In this document: positions 50,581-63,290 of the stretch, in pieces
How the letters are laid out: each line of letters opens with the position of its first letter
Position numbering within the stretch: position 1 is the first letter of the stretch
Source: the human T2T-CHM13v2.0 reference genome, Homo sapiens
Assembly: GCF_009914755.1 (NCBI RefSeq)
Contig: NC_060929.1
Reading direction: 5' to 3' (one strand)
DNA: 64,000 nucleotides
Program-made: the position numbers and the translations under genes
The notes under the pieces: model-generated
Seen by the model: only the letters and a program-made list of their open reading frames with translations
Database searches by the model: none
What the model was told of the DNA's origin: nothing

Positions 50581-51669
50581 AAAGAGGTTGAAAGGTGTCT
50601 GGCACTTAGTAAGCCTTCACCCTAGTTAGCTTTGCTAGGATTATGATTTCCATCCAGACAAAGAAGTTGCCCTCAGTGACGTTCTAGCAGAGTCATCAAA
50701 ATTGGGTTAAAAGGAAGCAATTTAGCATGGAGCGAGCCTAAAAATGCACCAAAGTAATGAAAAGAGCAAAGCATCTAGACATTTGATATCTGGCTGTTTT
50801 TCCCTAGGACCATTGTCATGGATGGGGATAGGAGAGCCATCTAAGGTCCCTGCCCATCTGCAACACTCTCCTGTTTCTGCTCCGATGCTCTACGATGTCG
50901 TACGTGGCAGAGCCAGCCCAGCGTGGACTTCAGCTCTCCCAGTAACTGGCTGAGTGATATTAGAAAAGTCACTGAGCCTCTATTTTCTATAAAATTAAGA
51001 AAAATCACACTCCCTTATAAAATCCTTAGGGAAATTAAAGATCCTTGGGAAAATAGATCTCTTACAGGCATATCTTGGATACCTGATCAATGATAGCTGC
51101 TATAGTCTTCTTCTGATCATGCTTTTCATAATAATCATCTTAATCATTACTGGCATTCAAAGCCATGAAGCACCTGGGAGAAGGAGAAGCTGATCTGTCC
51201 ATGCCTGTCTCCTTTGGAAAATGCACGCTGTTACACTTCCCCACATGTTCAAATTCATACTCTCTCCCCCACCCCCTTTTTTGAGTGCCCCCAATAGGCA
51301 CTTGAGAAGGCTGAAGCTGGGATTGTAAACTGCCAGATCTCCTGCCTTGCTCTCACCCCTTGTTCCAAATCTTATCAAATATTAAAAGCTGTGAAATAGA
51401 GGCAGGTTTTAAATCATTTTAATCACAGCATTCCTCAGCCTGCTCAAAAGGGCTCAAAGGAATCGATTCAGAAGTGGTAATTATGACTGTGGCCCCGTGC
51501 CAGGCGGCGGGTCAGCATTGGAGCACCAGCGACAGACGGCCGGCACTGACTGGGGAGGGCTCCTCCCAGGTGGGGACACCGAACAGGAGATGCCTCCTGG
51601 GAGGAAATAAAGCTAAGTCATCCCAGGCTGGGTATCAGGTTTTAAAATTCATAACCAAGTCAACTGAAA

Positions 51670-52540
51670 ATCAGCTTACCTTTATTAAGTCCCCCACTAA
51701 GTGCCAGATGCTTTTAGCCTCATTTAACCCTCAGATAACTCCTGGAGGTATGTGTCATTATCCTGATTTATAAGTGAGGAAACTGAGGCTAAAAAATGAT
51801 AAGTAGTGTCCCAAAGCCAATCAAAAAGTAGCTCAACTAGATCTATCCAGCTTGGAAGCCTGCAATTTGTTCTCTGTGTTTTGGTCACGCTCAGATTCTG
51901 AGGACTGCTGCAAAAATGTTGAAGGAGGTGCTACCCACAGGTCCCCTGCTGTCCTTCTCCAGCCTCCACCATCTGCCCGGTCCTCACTCACTTTCCTCCC
52001 TCTTCCCCCACATTGTCTTTTGGACTCTGGTTGACTCTTGCTGTCCTCTGGCTACTGGGATTCATCCATGCACATTAGAACCCAGTTAGGTCACTAACCC
52101 TTTGACCATCACAGCCCAGCTGTCATATCCCTCCCTAGACTCATCTCTTCCCTGGCCCTTTCACCTCCATGCTGTATACTCCAGCAAGACTTAGCTTCCT
52201 CCAGTTCCTCCAGCACCTTTCTCTCCTGCCTTCTTGCCTGTGCGCAGGCTTTTCCCCAACTGGAGCAACTTGCTCTGTCTCCACCTCCAGGTCTCAGTTG
52301 AAACATCACTTCTTCCTGGAAAGACTGCTGACTCCTAGGTATTTTTCCCCTAATTTATACCACCGTGGCCAGGGCTTTTCTGCTATGACGGCACCCAGCA
52401 CTTGGTTGGGGTTACTTGTTTGAATTGTTGGGATTCCTTTTACTGGCCAGACTGGAGGAGGACAGAGAGCACGTCCATCTGACTCACCACAGTCCAGGGC
52501 TAAGCAGGGTTGCCGGTACATGGCAGGCACTCAGTAGACA
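51670..52540. mobile_element. MIR(-) 51670-51870 and L2(+) 52100-52540
   Basis: gtgaggaaactgaggct; ttcctccagttcctccagcac...ggtctcagttgaaacatcacttcttcctggaaag...ggcaggcactcagta. Confidence 0.75.
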
Positions 52541-52849
52541 ATGGCTGAGTGAGTTATGTCAATAATGGGACCGTGCTTAAATGTGGACATTTCTGGGGGC
52601 TCAGGGAATAGGTCATTCTGTGGGCCAGACAAAGCATGCAAGTGAGCAGAGCTGGCCCTTCGCCTACAAAATACCGAAGAATATTCTTCAATATCACAAG
52701 AAAGTATCTTTTCCATCATTTTTCTTGAAAAATGCATCCCTCCTGATCTATCTTTCATTTCCTCACATTTAATAGAGATGTGAATACAGAGAACTATATC
52801 TCTACTATAAGACAAATAGCACCCTACGCACAGTAATGACAGCCCAAGT

Positions 52850-53147
52850 AGTCTACTTGTAGGAACAATGAAAGGAAGTGATGGGGGCTGGGGTGAATGG
52901 AGGTGCACCGAGCCTGTCTAAAGAGGCTGCTGCTTCTCAACCTCAGCCTGGTATTGCCCAAGGAAATGTGAACCAGTGCAGCCAGATTTCCTGACTTCAA
53001 GAGGAGCTGGAAATCGACTGTATGCGTAATGTCCCAATTTTTAAGAGCTGCCTCAATTGAACACGCACAGGCACAAACAAAAACAAAATAAACAAGCCAA
53101 ATGCAACATCTGCTGAGAGGTTTTGGTTCTTGGATTGCAACCTCTGC
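52850..53147. mobile_element. MER102-like hAT-Charlie element
   Basis: gccagatttcctgacttcaagaggagctggaaatc...tcccaattttta...ccaaatgcaacatctgc...ttgcaacctctg. Confidence 0.6.
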
Positions 53148-53679
53148 ACACATTTTCCCACTAAATAAAGAAAAGCTCCTTGCAGATGGACCCCGGTGGG
53201 ACCTCCAATACCCGGAATGCACCAAATGGCTGGGATTTGTGTGGCCCCAAAACCCTCCCTTCTTGCGCTCACAGTGCTTTCTTGAAGCTTCAGCAAACCC
53301 CAGCGCCAAAGGAAAAATATTTATAACCTGACTAGGCAGCGCTTAAAAGATCAAGGCATACGTGGTGTGCAGAAATCACTCGCACATTGTTCCTGTTTCC
53401 TCTCTGCCATAGGATCAAATGCTTCCAGTTTCAATGATTAATCGCCTCTCAGTTTTCACCACAAGTTGTACAATGTTATTGACTGAAACAGAAATATTCA
53501 TTTCAGGACTCTGCTGCTGGAACAAACACAAGCTCTGGGGCGGGGCTGATGATGACTGATGGCACAGGTTGCTGCACATGTTTCTGTGCTATCGGATTCA
53601 AACCACCCCTGAGACTGCTCTCTTTACAGATGGGACTCAGGGAAGCTCAAACAACTATCCAACAACAATCATTTAGTGT

Positions 53680-53925
53680 GACTTTATTAATGGCCACTAT
53701 CCATGGAATGTTTACTCTATTCCGGATACGGTGCCAGGAACATTACCTATACCATCTCATTTAAGCCTCATAACACCCACTGTTATATTTGGGAAGGAGC
53801 CTTGGCAGTAACATTTTATACTTGAAATAACTGAGGCAGAGAAGCCCAAGGCTGCTAAGCAGCAGAGCAGAGGGGCCAGTCCCCAGCCCAGAGCTCCCAC
53901 CTCGGCTCTGGCATTGCTCTCCTAT
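53680..53925 (-). mobile_element. MIR SINE
   Basis: catctcatttaagcctcataacaccc...aactgaggcagagaagcccaagg. Confidence 0.7.
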
Positions 53926-54364
53926 GCAAGACCCTGACACAGACACACACAGTCTTTTCCAAGCTGGCTGGGCAAGGAACAATTTCTTTTGCAGAAACTC
54001 GAGTTACTACAAGGCTTCTGTGGACAGTCTAGGGTAATATTGGTACTTTAATTATGCACCTGGTGTGTTATCTATCCTTGGGAGTTGGGAAAGGTGATGC
54101 TCTGGCGGTCTGGGGAAATCTGCCCTCTGAAATTCGAGCACTCTTGAATCTCTTGCCTGGGGCCCAATTGAGCATGGTTGCTCTCCAGGAATGTCCCAGG
54201 GCAGTGCCTCTCTAACTCAAATCCTGGGAGATATTCTCCAGCGTCTATGAATTCTCCAGGTAACCTCTTTACAAAATTTAAAATTTTTCATCAAATAATA
54301 ATCATGTAAACATCAATTTACTATTTTAGGTTGTCTGTTTTAATCACCTTATAACCATCTATGT

Positions 54365-54692
54365 TGGGGGTCCACAAACTACAGCCTGTGAACTAAATCA
54401 GCTTCCAACCTGTTATTCTAAGGTCTACTACTGAAGAATGGCTTCATGGTCTTAACCCATTGAGAAAAAAAAAATCAAAAGAAAAATAATATTTCATGAC
54501 ACTTGAAAAGTATATGAAGTTTAAATTTCAGTGTCCATAAATAAAGTTGTATTGAGACAGCAGTTCTCATTCATCTGTAGCTGCCTTTGCAAAAAAGACA
54601 GTGGAGTTGAGTCATTGGAACAGAGACCTTATGGCCCATAGAGCCATAAATATTTACTATATGGGCCAAGACAGAAAGTTGGACAATTCCTG
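54365..54692. mobile_element. MER58B-like hAT-Charlie element
   Basis: gggtccacaaactacagcctgtg...aaatttcagtgtccataaataaagtt...cagagaccttatggccc...aaatatttactat. Confidence 0.85.
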
Positions 54693-54968
54693 ACCTATGC
54701 AATGTGATGTTAGTGGCTTATGTTTGTGCTTCCAGCTGAGTTGGGTACTCTGTCTGTTGTGGTTTTGTTCAAGTTCTTGGATTGCAACCTCTGCATAAAT
54801 TTTCCTGCTAAATAGAGAAAAACTCCTTGCAGAGGGACCCAAGTGGGACCCCCGATACCCAGAATGCACCAAATAGCTGGGTTTTTTACTTTTATTGCCA
54901 TAGGGCTAATGAGAAAAATAAAAATAGAGGAGGACTCAGGCACTTAGAACATTTGCAGCTACAGAAAG

Positions 54969-55807
54969 CAGTAAGTCCTCACATTATTGTCTACAGGTTC
55001 TTTGATATTGCAACTTTATTAAGTGAAAAGACATATAAAGAAACCAATTTGACCAGAAGCTAATTGAAAGAAATGAGTTAAGTTCCTTGGGCATATTTCT
55101 GGGCACAAAAACATCACCAAACTTCTAAATAAAGACCCAAAACACTTGTAACACTAAGCATTAAAATAAATATGAGCTATACATGCATTTAAGAAAGATT
55201 AAGCAAAACAAGTCAGATAATTATTTACCCAAGTTTGGTGAATTAGCGAGTGCCAGCAGTCATAGTGGTGGTCTGTTGGATCAAGGAATAAATGTTTGAA
55301 AGCAAAAGTTGTCAGGAGCACCTCCTCCTACCACACAGTTCAAAAACAATTACAGATATGGCAGGCTCGCCAAGCACTTCCATACCACATGGTTTATTGC
55401 CTTGCATTTGTACGATTATCTTCTGCTTTACAAATTTTTATTTTACAATTACTTTTATTCATTGACTGATTCATTTTCCAATCCACTTATTCCAGTTCAG
55501 GGTCACAGGTGGTTGGAGCCCATCCCAGCAGCTCAGGGTGCCAGGAAGGAACCCACCCTGGCCAGGACGCCATCCCATGGCAGGGCACACTCACACACAC
55601 CTACATACTCACACTGGGACCACACCAGTTCACTTCACATGCACAGCTCTGGGACGTGGGAGGAAACTGGAGTCCCTGGAGAACACCCGTGCAGACATGG
55701 GGGAAACGTGCCGATTCCACACAGACAGTGGCTCTGCCAGGGTTTGTTGTTTGTTTGTTTGTTTTTCATCAATGTTATATGAAGCAACAGTATTCGAAGA
55801 CCTGCTG
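54969..55807. mobile_element. MER6 TcMar-Tigger element, near full length
   Basis: TIRs cagtaagtcctc / cgaagacctgctg|TA; internal ggagcccatcccagcagctcaggg...gggaggaaactggagtccctggag; about 840 bp. Confidence 0.85.
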
Positions 55808-56776
55808 TACAGCTTTCCAGCAGTTCCAGGAAAAAAGAGCCCTGGGAGACTTAAGCCATCACAGTACAAGGCAGTAGAGGCAGGGTGAAATAGAATGGAA
55901 AAAAAAAATGTGAACCCACACTGCAGTCATACTGGAAGCAGCAATCCCATTTCAACCAAACAACCTCACATTAAACTAATGTTGTTAATTTGAAGTTTAT
56001 TGGTTTTGCAGTCGTATTTGTGTTTAATTTGGAAATTTGTTTCAGTTTTATAGCTGAATAAGAGCTAAAAAGCATAAGGATTTTATACCTAAGTTTTATG
56101 TCTGTACATATTAAGTAACATTATGGTAAAGTCAACACTTACTGAAAATGTCCCCTTTAATAGGGCATATGTTACTTAAGTTTAAGCAGGAAAAATGGGT
56201 TTAAGAAATACCAATTGTATTATATCTTTAAATATGTGTGAGCTGTTCAAAGTTGCCACCTGGCAGAAAATTCAATCTCAGTTACATAGGGAAGTTCCTA
56301 CCCCTTTCTAGGAAAGGGTCTTGTTAAATAAGAATTCTAAGCTTAAGTTGGAGACAGGTTCTTGGGTTGGGGCAGTGATCATTTTTTAATCTTGCTTGTA
56401 TGCCTACACTGCTTTTGTGTGTGCTGATCTGTCCATCCTTTAGGCTGTGCTCTGCAGAATGGCTCAAAATCACCCCTCACTTAGTCCTCCCACTTGCTTC
56501 CTTTGTACCCCCTCAGCCCACTTTGCTTCTTCCTCTTTCCTGGACAAAGGGAGCACAGTTGTTCTCAACGGGCCTTTAGAAGCAAAATTCTGGCTTGACT
56601 TTCCAATGTGGGAGTGGGAGAGGACTGCTAAAAATAATTGGTCTTTCTTCTTAGCAATTCACCTTATTACAACTGTTAGGTGGAAAACTTTTTTTTCGTT
56701 TTACTGAAAAGTTTAACCCAGGCACTGAAGAGTTAGATTGTATGGACCTCTTTTAATCATCTGCTGAGTTCTCCAA

Positions 56777-57371
56777 TGTATCAGTTAGCTATTGCTGTGT
56801 AACAAATCACCCCAAACGCAATGCTCTACAACAATAAAAATCATTTATTCTGCTCACTGCCTGCAGTTTATTCAGGCATTGGATGAGACAGCTTCTTCCT
56901 GCTCCATGTGGAGTCAGCTGGGTACTTGAACTGGGACATGGATGATCTACTTTCAAGATGGCTTATTCTCAGGGCTGCCAAATGGATACCGGCTATCAGT
57001 TGAAAGCTATAAGCAGGGGCACTCTGCATAAGCATGGCTCATCTCTACAAAAGCTCCTCCCCAGTCTCCTTGTTTGGGCCTCACAGTGTATGGTAACCTC
57101 AGGGCAGTCAGAATGTGACAACTAAAGACTTCAGGAGTAAGTATTCCAGGAAGCAAGATATAAGCTATGTGGCCTTCTAAGACCTAGCCTCAGAGGTCAC
57201 ATAGTGTAACCTCTATCACACCCTATTGGTAGATATTGTAACAGAAGCCCACCCAGTTTCACAGATGGGGACATAGACTCCATTTCTTAATAGGTAACTG
57301 GCCAGAGTTGTAAAAGAGCATGTGGGATGGAAGATATTGTTGCAAGCATCTTTAGCAAATACAACTGGACA
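56777..57371 (-). mobile_element. MaLR solo LTR (MLT1G/H-like)
   Basis: tgtatcagttagctattgctgtgtaacaaatcaccccaaa...ctactttcaagatggc...gacctagcctcagaggtcaca. Confidence 0.88.
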
Positions 57372-57626
57372 TACCCAATGCAAGCACAGGATTGATCCTC
57401 CACTCTGCCCCCATACCCCATGATTTATTAGCCACTCGGACAAGTGACTTCAACTCTCCAAGCCTCTGTCTCCTCCACTAAAGTGGGGACAAATGAGTAT
57501 TACAAATGAGACCATTAAATAAGATAATACATTTTAAAAATTAACCTGGTACCTGTCACAAAGTACATGCCTAACAAATGTTTGCTTCTGTCTCACTTCC
57601 TCAATTTCATCTCAGTCAACCTGGAC

Positions 57627-58440
57627 TGACTCAAAATGGCATTCTTCTTGGCTGCCCCCTTTGAAGTATTTCTGCTGAGAAAATAGTTTCTGTGTATTTG
57701 TAAATTTACAGGTTGAACATAGATCATTATTCAAGCATTGCTGGTCGATTCGTCTTTTCAAAGGCGGGAGCTGCTGGCTGTGGGAAGGGACCCAGCAGGG
57801 GTCTCTTGCAACCCTGCTCTATGGGTGGGGGAAATCTGGACCTCCCTCTGGTAGGGTTGATTGAAGTGAAGGGTCACCATATGTCTTTCCCAAGAGGGTG
57901 ACTGACTTCCTGCTTTGGTCCCAGTTTCCCTGAGATTTTCCTGAAAGCCCTTCCGGCTAGCCCAGTTGGGAGTGTTAGTACATCAGATCCCATGCTTTGG
58001 TGAAAAATGTAAACACAGACCTGATTTTTCATTTTAAATGAAGCCAAGCATATTGCTCCCAGCAGATGCCGAGTGACTCAATCTGTCCTCTCGGTTCTGA
58101 AGGGAACTGAAGAACAACATGGTAAAATAAAGCAAACAGCACATTTATTGGTTGATAAAATGCTGTTTTAGTCTACCCTGGCATTATATGGTGATTGCTA
58201 TGTGGCGAACATCTGTTATTAAATCCAGACTTCTGTTGCCTGGATACATTGAGTCAAAAGCTGGAGCGGATGAGAAATCCATTTATGCGTCTGTTGCGTG
58301 TGAATGTCAGAGCTCATATGATGCCTTTGTCTTCATTCTAACTGAATCTTTTAATATGGACCGTCTCACTTGTTAATTCTGACTCAGGGGCAATAATGTT
58401 TTCATTTGATTAAAAAAGGTTAAAGAAACAAAGAAACAGT
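57627..58440. promoter_or_regulatory. Candidate AP-1-driven enhancer
   Basis: TGASTCA at 57627, 58074, 58250 and 58380, plus FOX, SOX and E-box motifs in repeat-free sequence. Confidence 0.55.
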
Positions 58441-58879
58441 GTTTTCTCAGGTGCTCTAAGTAATTCTGTTAATGAATTTTCGGAGACAGCGTGTGAATTT
58501 GAAAAGAGTAGGACTTTTTAAAGAGTTCATACTATGAACCCAATAATTCAGATCCTAGGGCCTTATCCTAAGGACATAATAGAAATGAGCACATTTATAA
58601 GAACAAAGATGTTCAATGAAGTGTTACTTACAACAGCAAAAAAACTTGAAAGTCACCTAAATGTTTGTAAGTCAAGAGCTTCATTGATATTGACTGCAAA
58701 GTCCATGTTATTCCATGTGACGAATTTTTTAATCAATCACCTCTTGATGGATTTTAAATTTTTTACAATTTTTTGCTATCCTAAAAAAAATGTGTCAATG
58801 AACAACTTTGAACTACCCTGACTACCACTTTAGGATAGATTGCTAGACGTGGAATTACTAGGACAAAGCCTATGTTATA

Positions 58880-59830
58880 ATATTCACTCAGTCAACAAAC
58901 ATGTCTTGAGTGCCCACTATGTGGTAGGCAGGCTTTGCTCTAAACCTCAGAGGCCCCGTGGCAGATGAAAGGCTCTCACCTTCACGGAGACAACAGAGTG
59001 AGAAGGGGGGAAAGAAAACTAGAGGAATCTAGTAGACAGTAGCAGATGCTGAGGAGACTGAGAACAGTGGAAAGGCTACACACAGGGATCTCTGAGTGCC
59101 ATGGTTCAGAGATCATTGAATGAGGTGAGATTCAAAGAGTCTGAGAAAGTGCCTGATAGAAGAGGATGGTTGGCTCTGGAGGGACAGAAGTGGAGGGTGG
59201 GAGTGGGGGAACTGGCCTTGCCTGAGTGTATCCAAAGAGCAAATCTTTCTCACTGGGCTGACTGACCTCGAGAACAGGCCTATGGCCCTTGTGTTTCTTC
59301 ACTGCCATCAGAAAGACTGTGCACATGAGGAGATGGAAGGGACTCTCAAAAGAGAGAGGGGATCATCAGGGATGAGATCCATGGAGAATCACCGCAGAGC
59401 TGGCAGCGTTTATCTAAGAATGTGGCATTGGGAAAAGTGGTGCAGGCTACATTCCAGGCGATAAGGACCAAGCAATGAAATAACAAATAAGTCATCTTAA
59501 AGTTAAAGGAGATGGACAATAGACAAACAAATATGTTTCAAAACATGATAAATGCTATGGAAGAAATAAAGAGGGTTGGAGAGAGGGTTCTACTTAGATA
59601 GCCTGATCAGGGAGAATCTCTCTGAAAAGAGGATGTTTTGGCTAACATATGAATATAACATATGAATATTGGGAAAGAGACAGTCATGAAGAGAGATTGG
59701 GAGCGTAAGATTCCAGGCAGAAGGAATAGCAAGAGGGAGGGCCCTGAGGTGGGAACAATCTTGATATGCTTGAGGGACAGAAAGAAAGCCATGACTGGAG
59801 CATAGGGAGTTATCTGGAAAATGGCAGGAG
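58880..59830 (-). mobile_element. L2 fragments
   Basis: attcactcagtcaacaaacatgtcttgagtgcccactatgtg; gattccaggcagaaggaatagcaag...ggccctgaggtgggaac. Confidence 0.75.
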
Positions 59831-60059
59831 TAAGTGTATCAGTCAGCAATTGTCACTGTAATGCTGTGTAACAAACCATCCAAACCTCAATGGCATAGTA
59901 GAGGTAGCTGAGTCAGGACTAGAACCCAGGCATGATTCTCTTCAAATTTTTCTCTTTCCATCCATATTCACTACCTTCCTATGTACAATCCACTTTCTCT
60001 TAAAGTCACAGCAGCCTCAGAATGTATTACATACATAAGAACTAGTCCTACATCTAGAT

Positions 60060-60230
60060 GTAATGGCTTTCAAACCTTTATGAGCATAGGAAACACCTGT
60101 TGAGCTGGTTTAGAATATAGCATTTAGGGCCTTGCCTCCAGATAGTCTGATTTCACAGAAACCTGCATTTTAAAAAAATCACCCCAAATAGTTATGATGA
60201 AGGTGATCTATGTACGACACTTAGAGAATC
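60060..60230. mobile_element. MER5-like MITE
   Basis: tttcaaacctt...cacctgttgagctggtttagaatatag...aacctgcatttt...cacttagagaa. Confidence 0.6.
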
Positions 60231-61134
60231 AGTGATGGAAAATTCACCAAGAACAGCCACAGGCAGGCCAGAAGAATGGCCCTGCCCCTCTACTTTTAGG
60301 ATTAAGCAGAAGCTGGCCCTAGATCTCACCAGTTACCAGTGATCTTGGGCATTTTTAGCATCATGTGCATTGCTTCACTGTGATACCATCTTGCTGGCAC
60401 AGCCATGGAAAGCCATGAGTTAATGCATCTCCCCATGTAACAAACCTCCCCTAGGACTCTGGTCCACACCTATCTCTGCTAGATTCTCTGGCATTGCAAG
60501 AAATTCTTCAGACTGCCCCAAGAGATTCGTTCCAATCTAGGGGCTCCTTATCCCCAGCTCAGAGCTGGATTTGGCTCTTGCTTGGAGGCGGGAAGCCCTG
60601 CTGGGCCAGGGCTTAGAGGGGCTCACAAGAAATCAAAGCAAGCATTCTCCGCCTCTCTCCTACAGCCCTGCATGCATCTTCTCTGATCCCTTGCCTGAGT
60701 GGGGGGTGGCATTCCAAAAGCTCATTACTGGCTTACATACTTTGCCTTAAATCAGCTCTTAAATGCCCTGGGATGAACAGCCCTAAATAGGAAAGAAAAA
60801 AAAAAAACAAGTTTCTTGCAAGTTCACAGATATGCTTGGTGCTTTCTGTCAGGCTAGGGTGTAGCCTTCTCTGTTCTAAATTTGATTTTCTGAGTCTTTA
60901 AGGAAAAATGGCTACTGGTCCCCTGGACGCTGATTGCTTCAGCATCTGAATCTGCTCCATCACTTCTACCTCCACCCACTGGTCCACGTCCAGTGGGTAG
61001 AGGTAAAGGGGATGGAGATATCATTTATCTTCAAAGGATAAAACTGCTCCGAGAGATCTTTGCTTTCTTAGAAACACTGCTGGAAAGTTGTTTCTTTAGA
61101 CTACATTAACAGAAGTACCATCTCTAGGAAGACA

Positions 61135-61360
61135 AGGTGGTAATAACTAACATCAAATGAGCAGTTCCTATGTACCCCGTACATGTCTTAGCCAACTTCA
61201 TCCTTGTAACAAACCTGGAAGGCAGGCACTGTTATCACTCTTATTCCCAGGTGAACCAGTTGAGGTTCCAAGAAGTCTTTTGTGCAAGGTCATGCAGAGT
61301 TGAGGCCCCCAAGTCGGTAGACTTCAGGAGCCAGACCCTCAACCCCCTCACTGCCTCCCG
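61135..61360 (-). mobile_element. MIR SINE
   Basis: taataactaaca...tcatccttgtaacaaacctggaaggcagg...gcaaggtcatgcag. Confidence 0.75.
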
Positions 61361-61599
61361 CCTCATGCTGCACTGAGCAGACCATACCCGGATGGTCATG
61401 TTCAGGTTGGCTATCAATGCAGACCACGCTGGGCATATTCAGGGGACGGATACTCAGAACTATATAACATAAGGAATAGAGGAAGGACTGGAGGATGTAT
61501 TAACATGAAGAAAAGGTAGACTCATGGCAGGAGATGAGCAGGGTAAAGAGGTGCAAGACATAAAAAGCCAATTTCATATACATGAAGATTTATCAAGAG

Positions 61600-62180
61600 C
61601 CAGAAGGCCCTCTATGGGTCCAAGAGTTACAAGGCCTAATGAGGTGAATTAATGCCAGCATATAAGGAAAAGTTTTGAATACTCAGAAGTGTCCAAAAAG
61701 GGGTCAGGCTGCCTTGGAAAGTAGTAAGCTCTCCATCAGAGGCTTGGCAACTTCTTATTAGGGATGGTATGAGTATCTCAAGTACAGATACAGATGACCC
61801 AAATAACCACTGAGGCACTTCTGACCCCAAGTATAAGAGATTCTATTGTAACGCACAGGAGTCCATCTCAAGCAGCACACTGAGCCATCTCCTTGATAAA
61901 CCTAAAGGTAGGTATTATTCCTCCCAGATGCTGTCTTCTTAGCCTGGGATGCAAAAGCCATAGGATCACTTCACGTCCAACCCCCATCAGGTGATCTGTC
62001 ATGAATCACAAGTTATTGGAGCCAGATGGAACTACAGAGCTAAAAGATACATGAAGACACCGAGGCCTGCAGACAGGGACTAACTTTCCAAGGTCACAGA
62101 GCTAACAAGTGTCAGAGTCAGGCTAGACCCAGGACTCACAAGTTGAGCTCACAATTAGTTCCACTTCCTACACCACCTGG
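61600..62180. mobile_element. L3/CR1(+) fragment and MIR(-) fragment
   Basis: ggctgccttggaaagtagtaagctctccatcagagg...ttagggatg; ccaaggtcacagagctaacaagtg...ctagacccagg. Confidence 0.55.
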
Positions 62181-62559
62181 ATCATGAGTGTCAAGAATGA
62201 AGGACCTTTGGCAGTCTTCTCATCCAGCAGTGACAAACAGGATGCACTTCATGTGCCAGCTTTTAATTCATTGGTCATGGTTTCCTGAAGTGCTGTTGTC
62301 CAGAAATATTCTGAGGCCATATCTGGATCCAGTGGACATGAGTGAATCATTTATGATGTCTGCTTTGGACACAGGTGGGGAAGTGACAACCTGTGTACCA
62401 AGGGTTTGGCAGCCTTGAGCTAATCCATCTTAATGACTTTCTGCACATGCTGCCTGGAAGTGATATTAATATTGCAAAAGAGATTATAATGTGTGATAAC
62501 GTTGTAGTACCTCACTTATTAAAATAATTCAAGGATCCATCTTTGATGGTTAAACCCAC

Positions 62560-62991
62560 TGTCTATGTCTGTTTGTGTTCCTACAAAGGAGAACCCAAGG
62601 CTGAGTAATTTGTAAAGAAGAGGTTTATTTGGCTCACAGTTCTACAGACTGTCAAGAAGCATGGATCCAGTGTCTGCATCTGGTGTGGACCTCAGGCTGC
62701 TTCCATTCATGGCAGAAAGTGAAGAGGAGCTGGATGTGCAGAGATCACATGGCAAGAAAGGAAGCAAGGGAGAGGGGGAGATGCCAGGCTCTTTTAAACA
62801 ACCAGCTCTTGGGGGAACTCTCTTAGGACTAATAGAGTGAGAACTCACTTCTTACCTGGACAATGGCACCAAACCATTTATGGAGAATCCACCCCTGTGA
62901 CCCAAACACCTCCCATGAGGCCCCACCCCCAACACTGAGGATCAAATTTCAACAGATGAGATGAGGAGGATCAAATATCCAAACTATAGCA
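62560..62991 (-). mobile_element. Complete MaLR solo LTR (MSTB-like)
   Basis: TG...CA termini, 432 bp, perfect 5-bp TSD cccac (62555-62559, 62992-62996); ggtttatttggctcacagttct. Confidence 0.93.
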
Positions 62992-63109
62992 CCCACCTAA
63001 CGAATGCAAAAGATGTGCAGTGACCTTAAGCCCCAACAATATAGAGCAGATGACAGTTGATATGTAGATAGTTTGAATGACAGTTTAAGGTAGCAGGTTG
63101 GCAGGTGGC

Positions 63110-63290
63110 TCCACCATATACTTGTTGAGTAGTCCTGAGCAGGTGTTTCTCTGAGATCCTTTGGCTGGTCTGTAAAATGAGAGATAATGACTCTCTCACA
63201 AGGTTGCCATGAGAAATAGAGAAAATACCAAGTACTCAGCATAGCCTAACATTTAGCAGTTGCTCAATAAATGATAGGAAGTATTGGCTT
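63110..63290 (+). mobile_element. MIR SINE
   Basis: tctgtaaaatgagagataat...ctcacaaggttgccatgag...gctcaataaatg. Confidence 0.75.
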
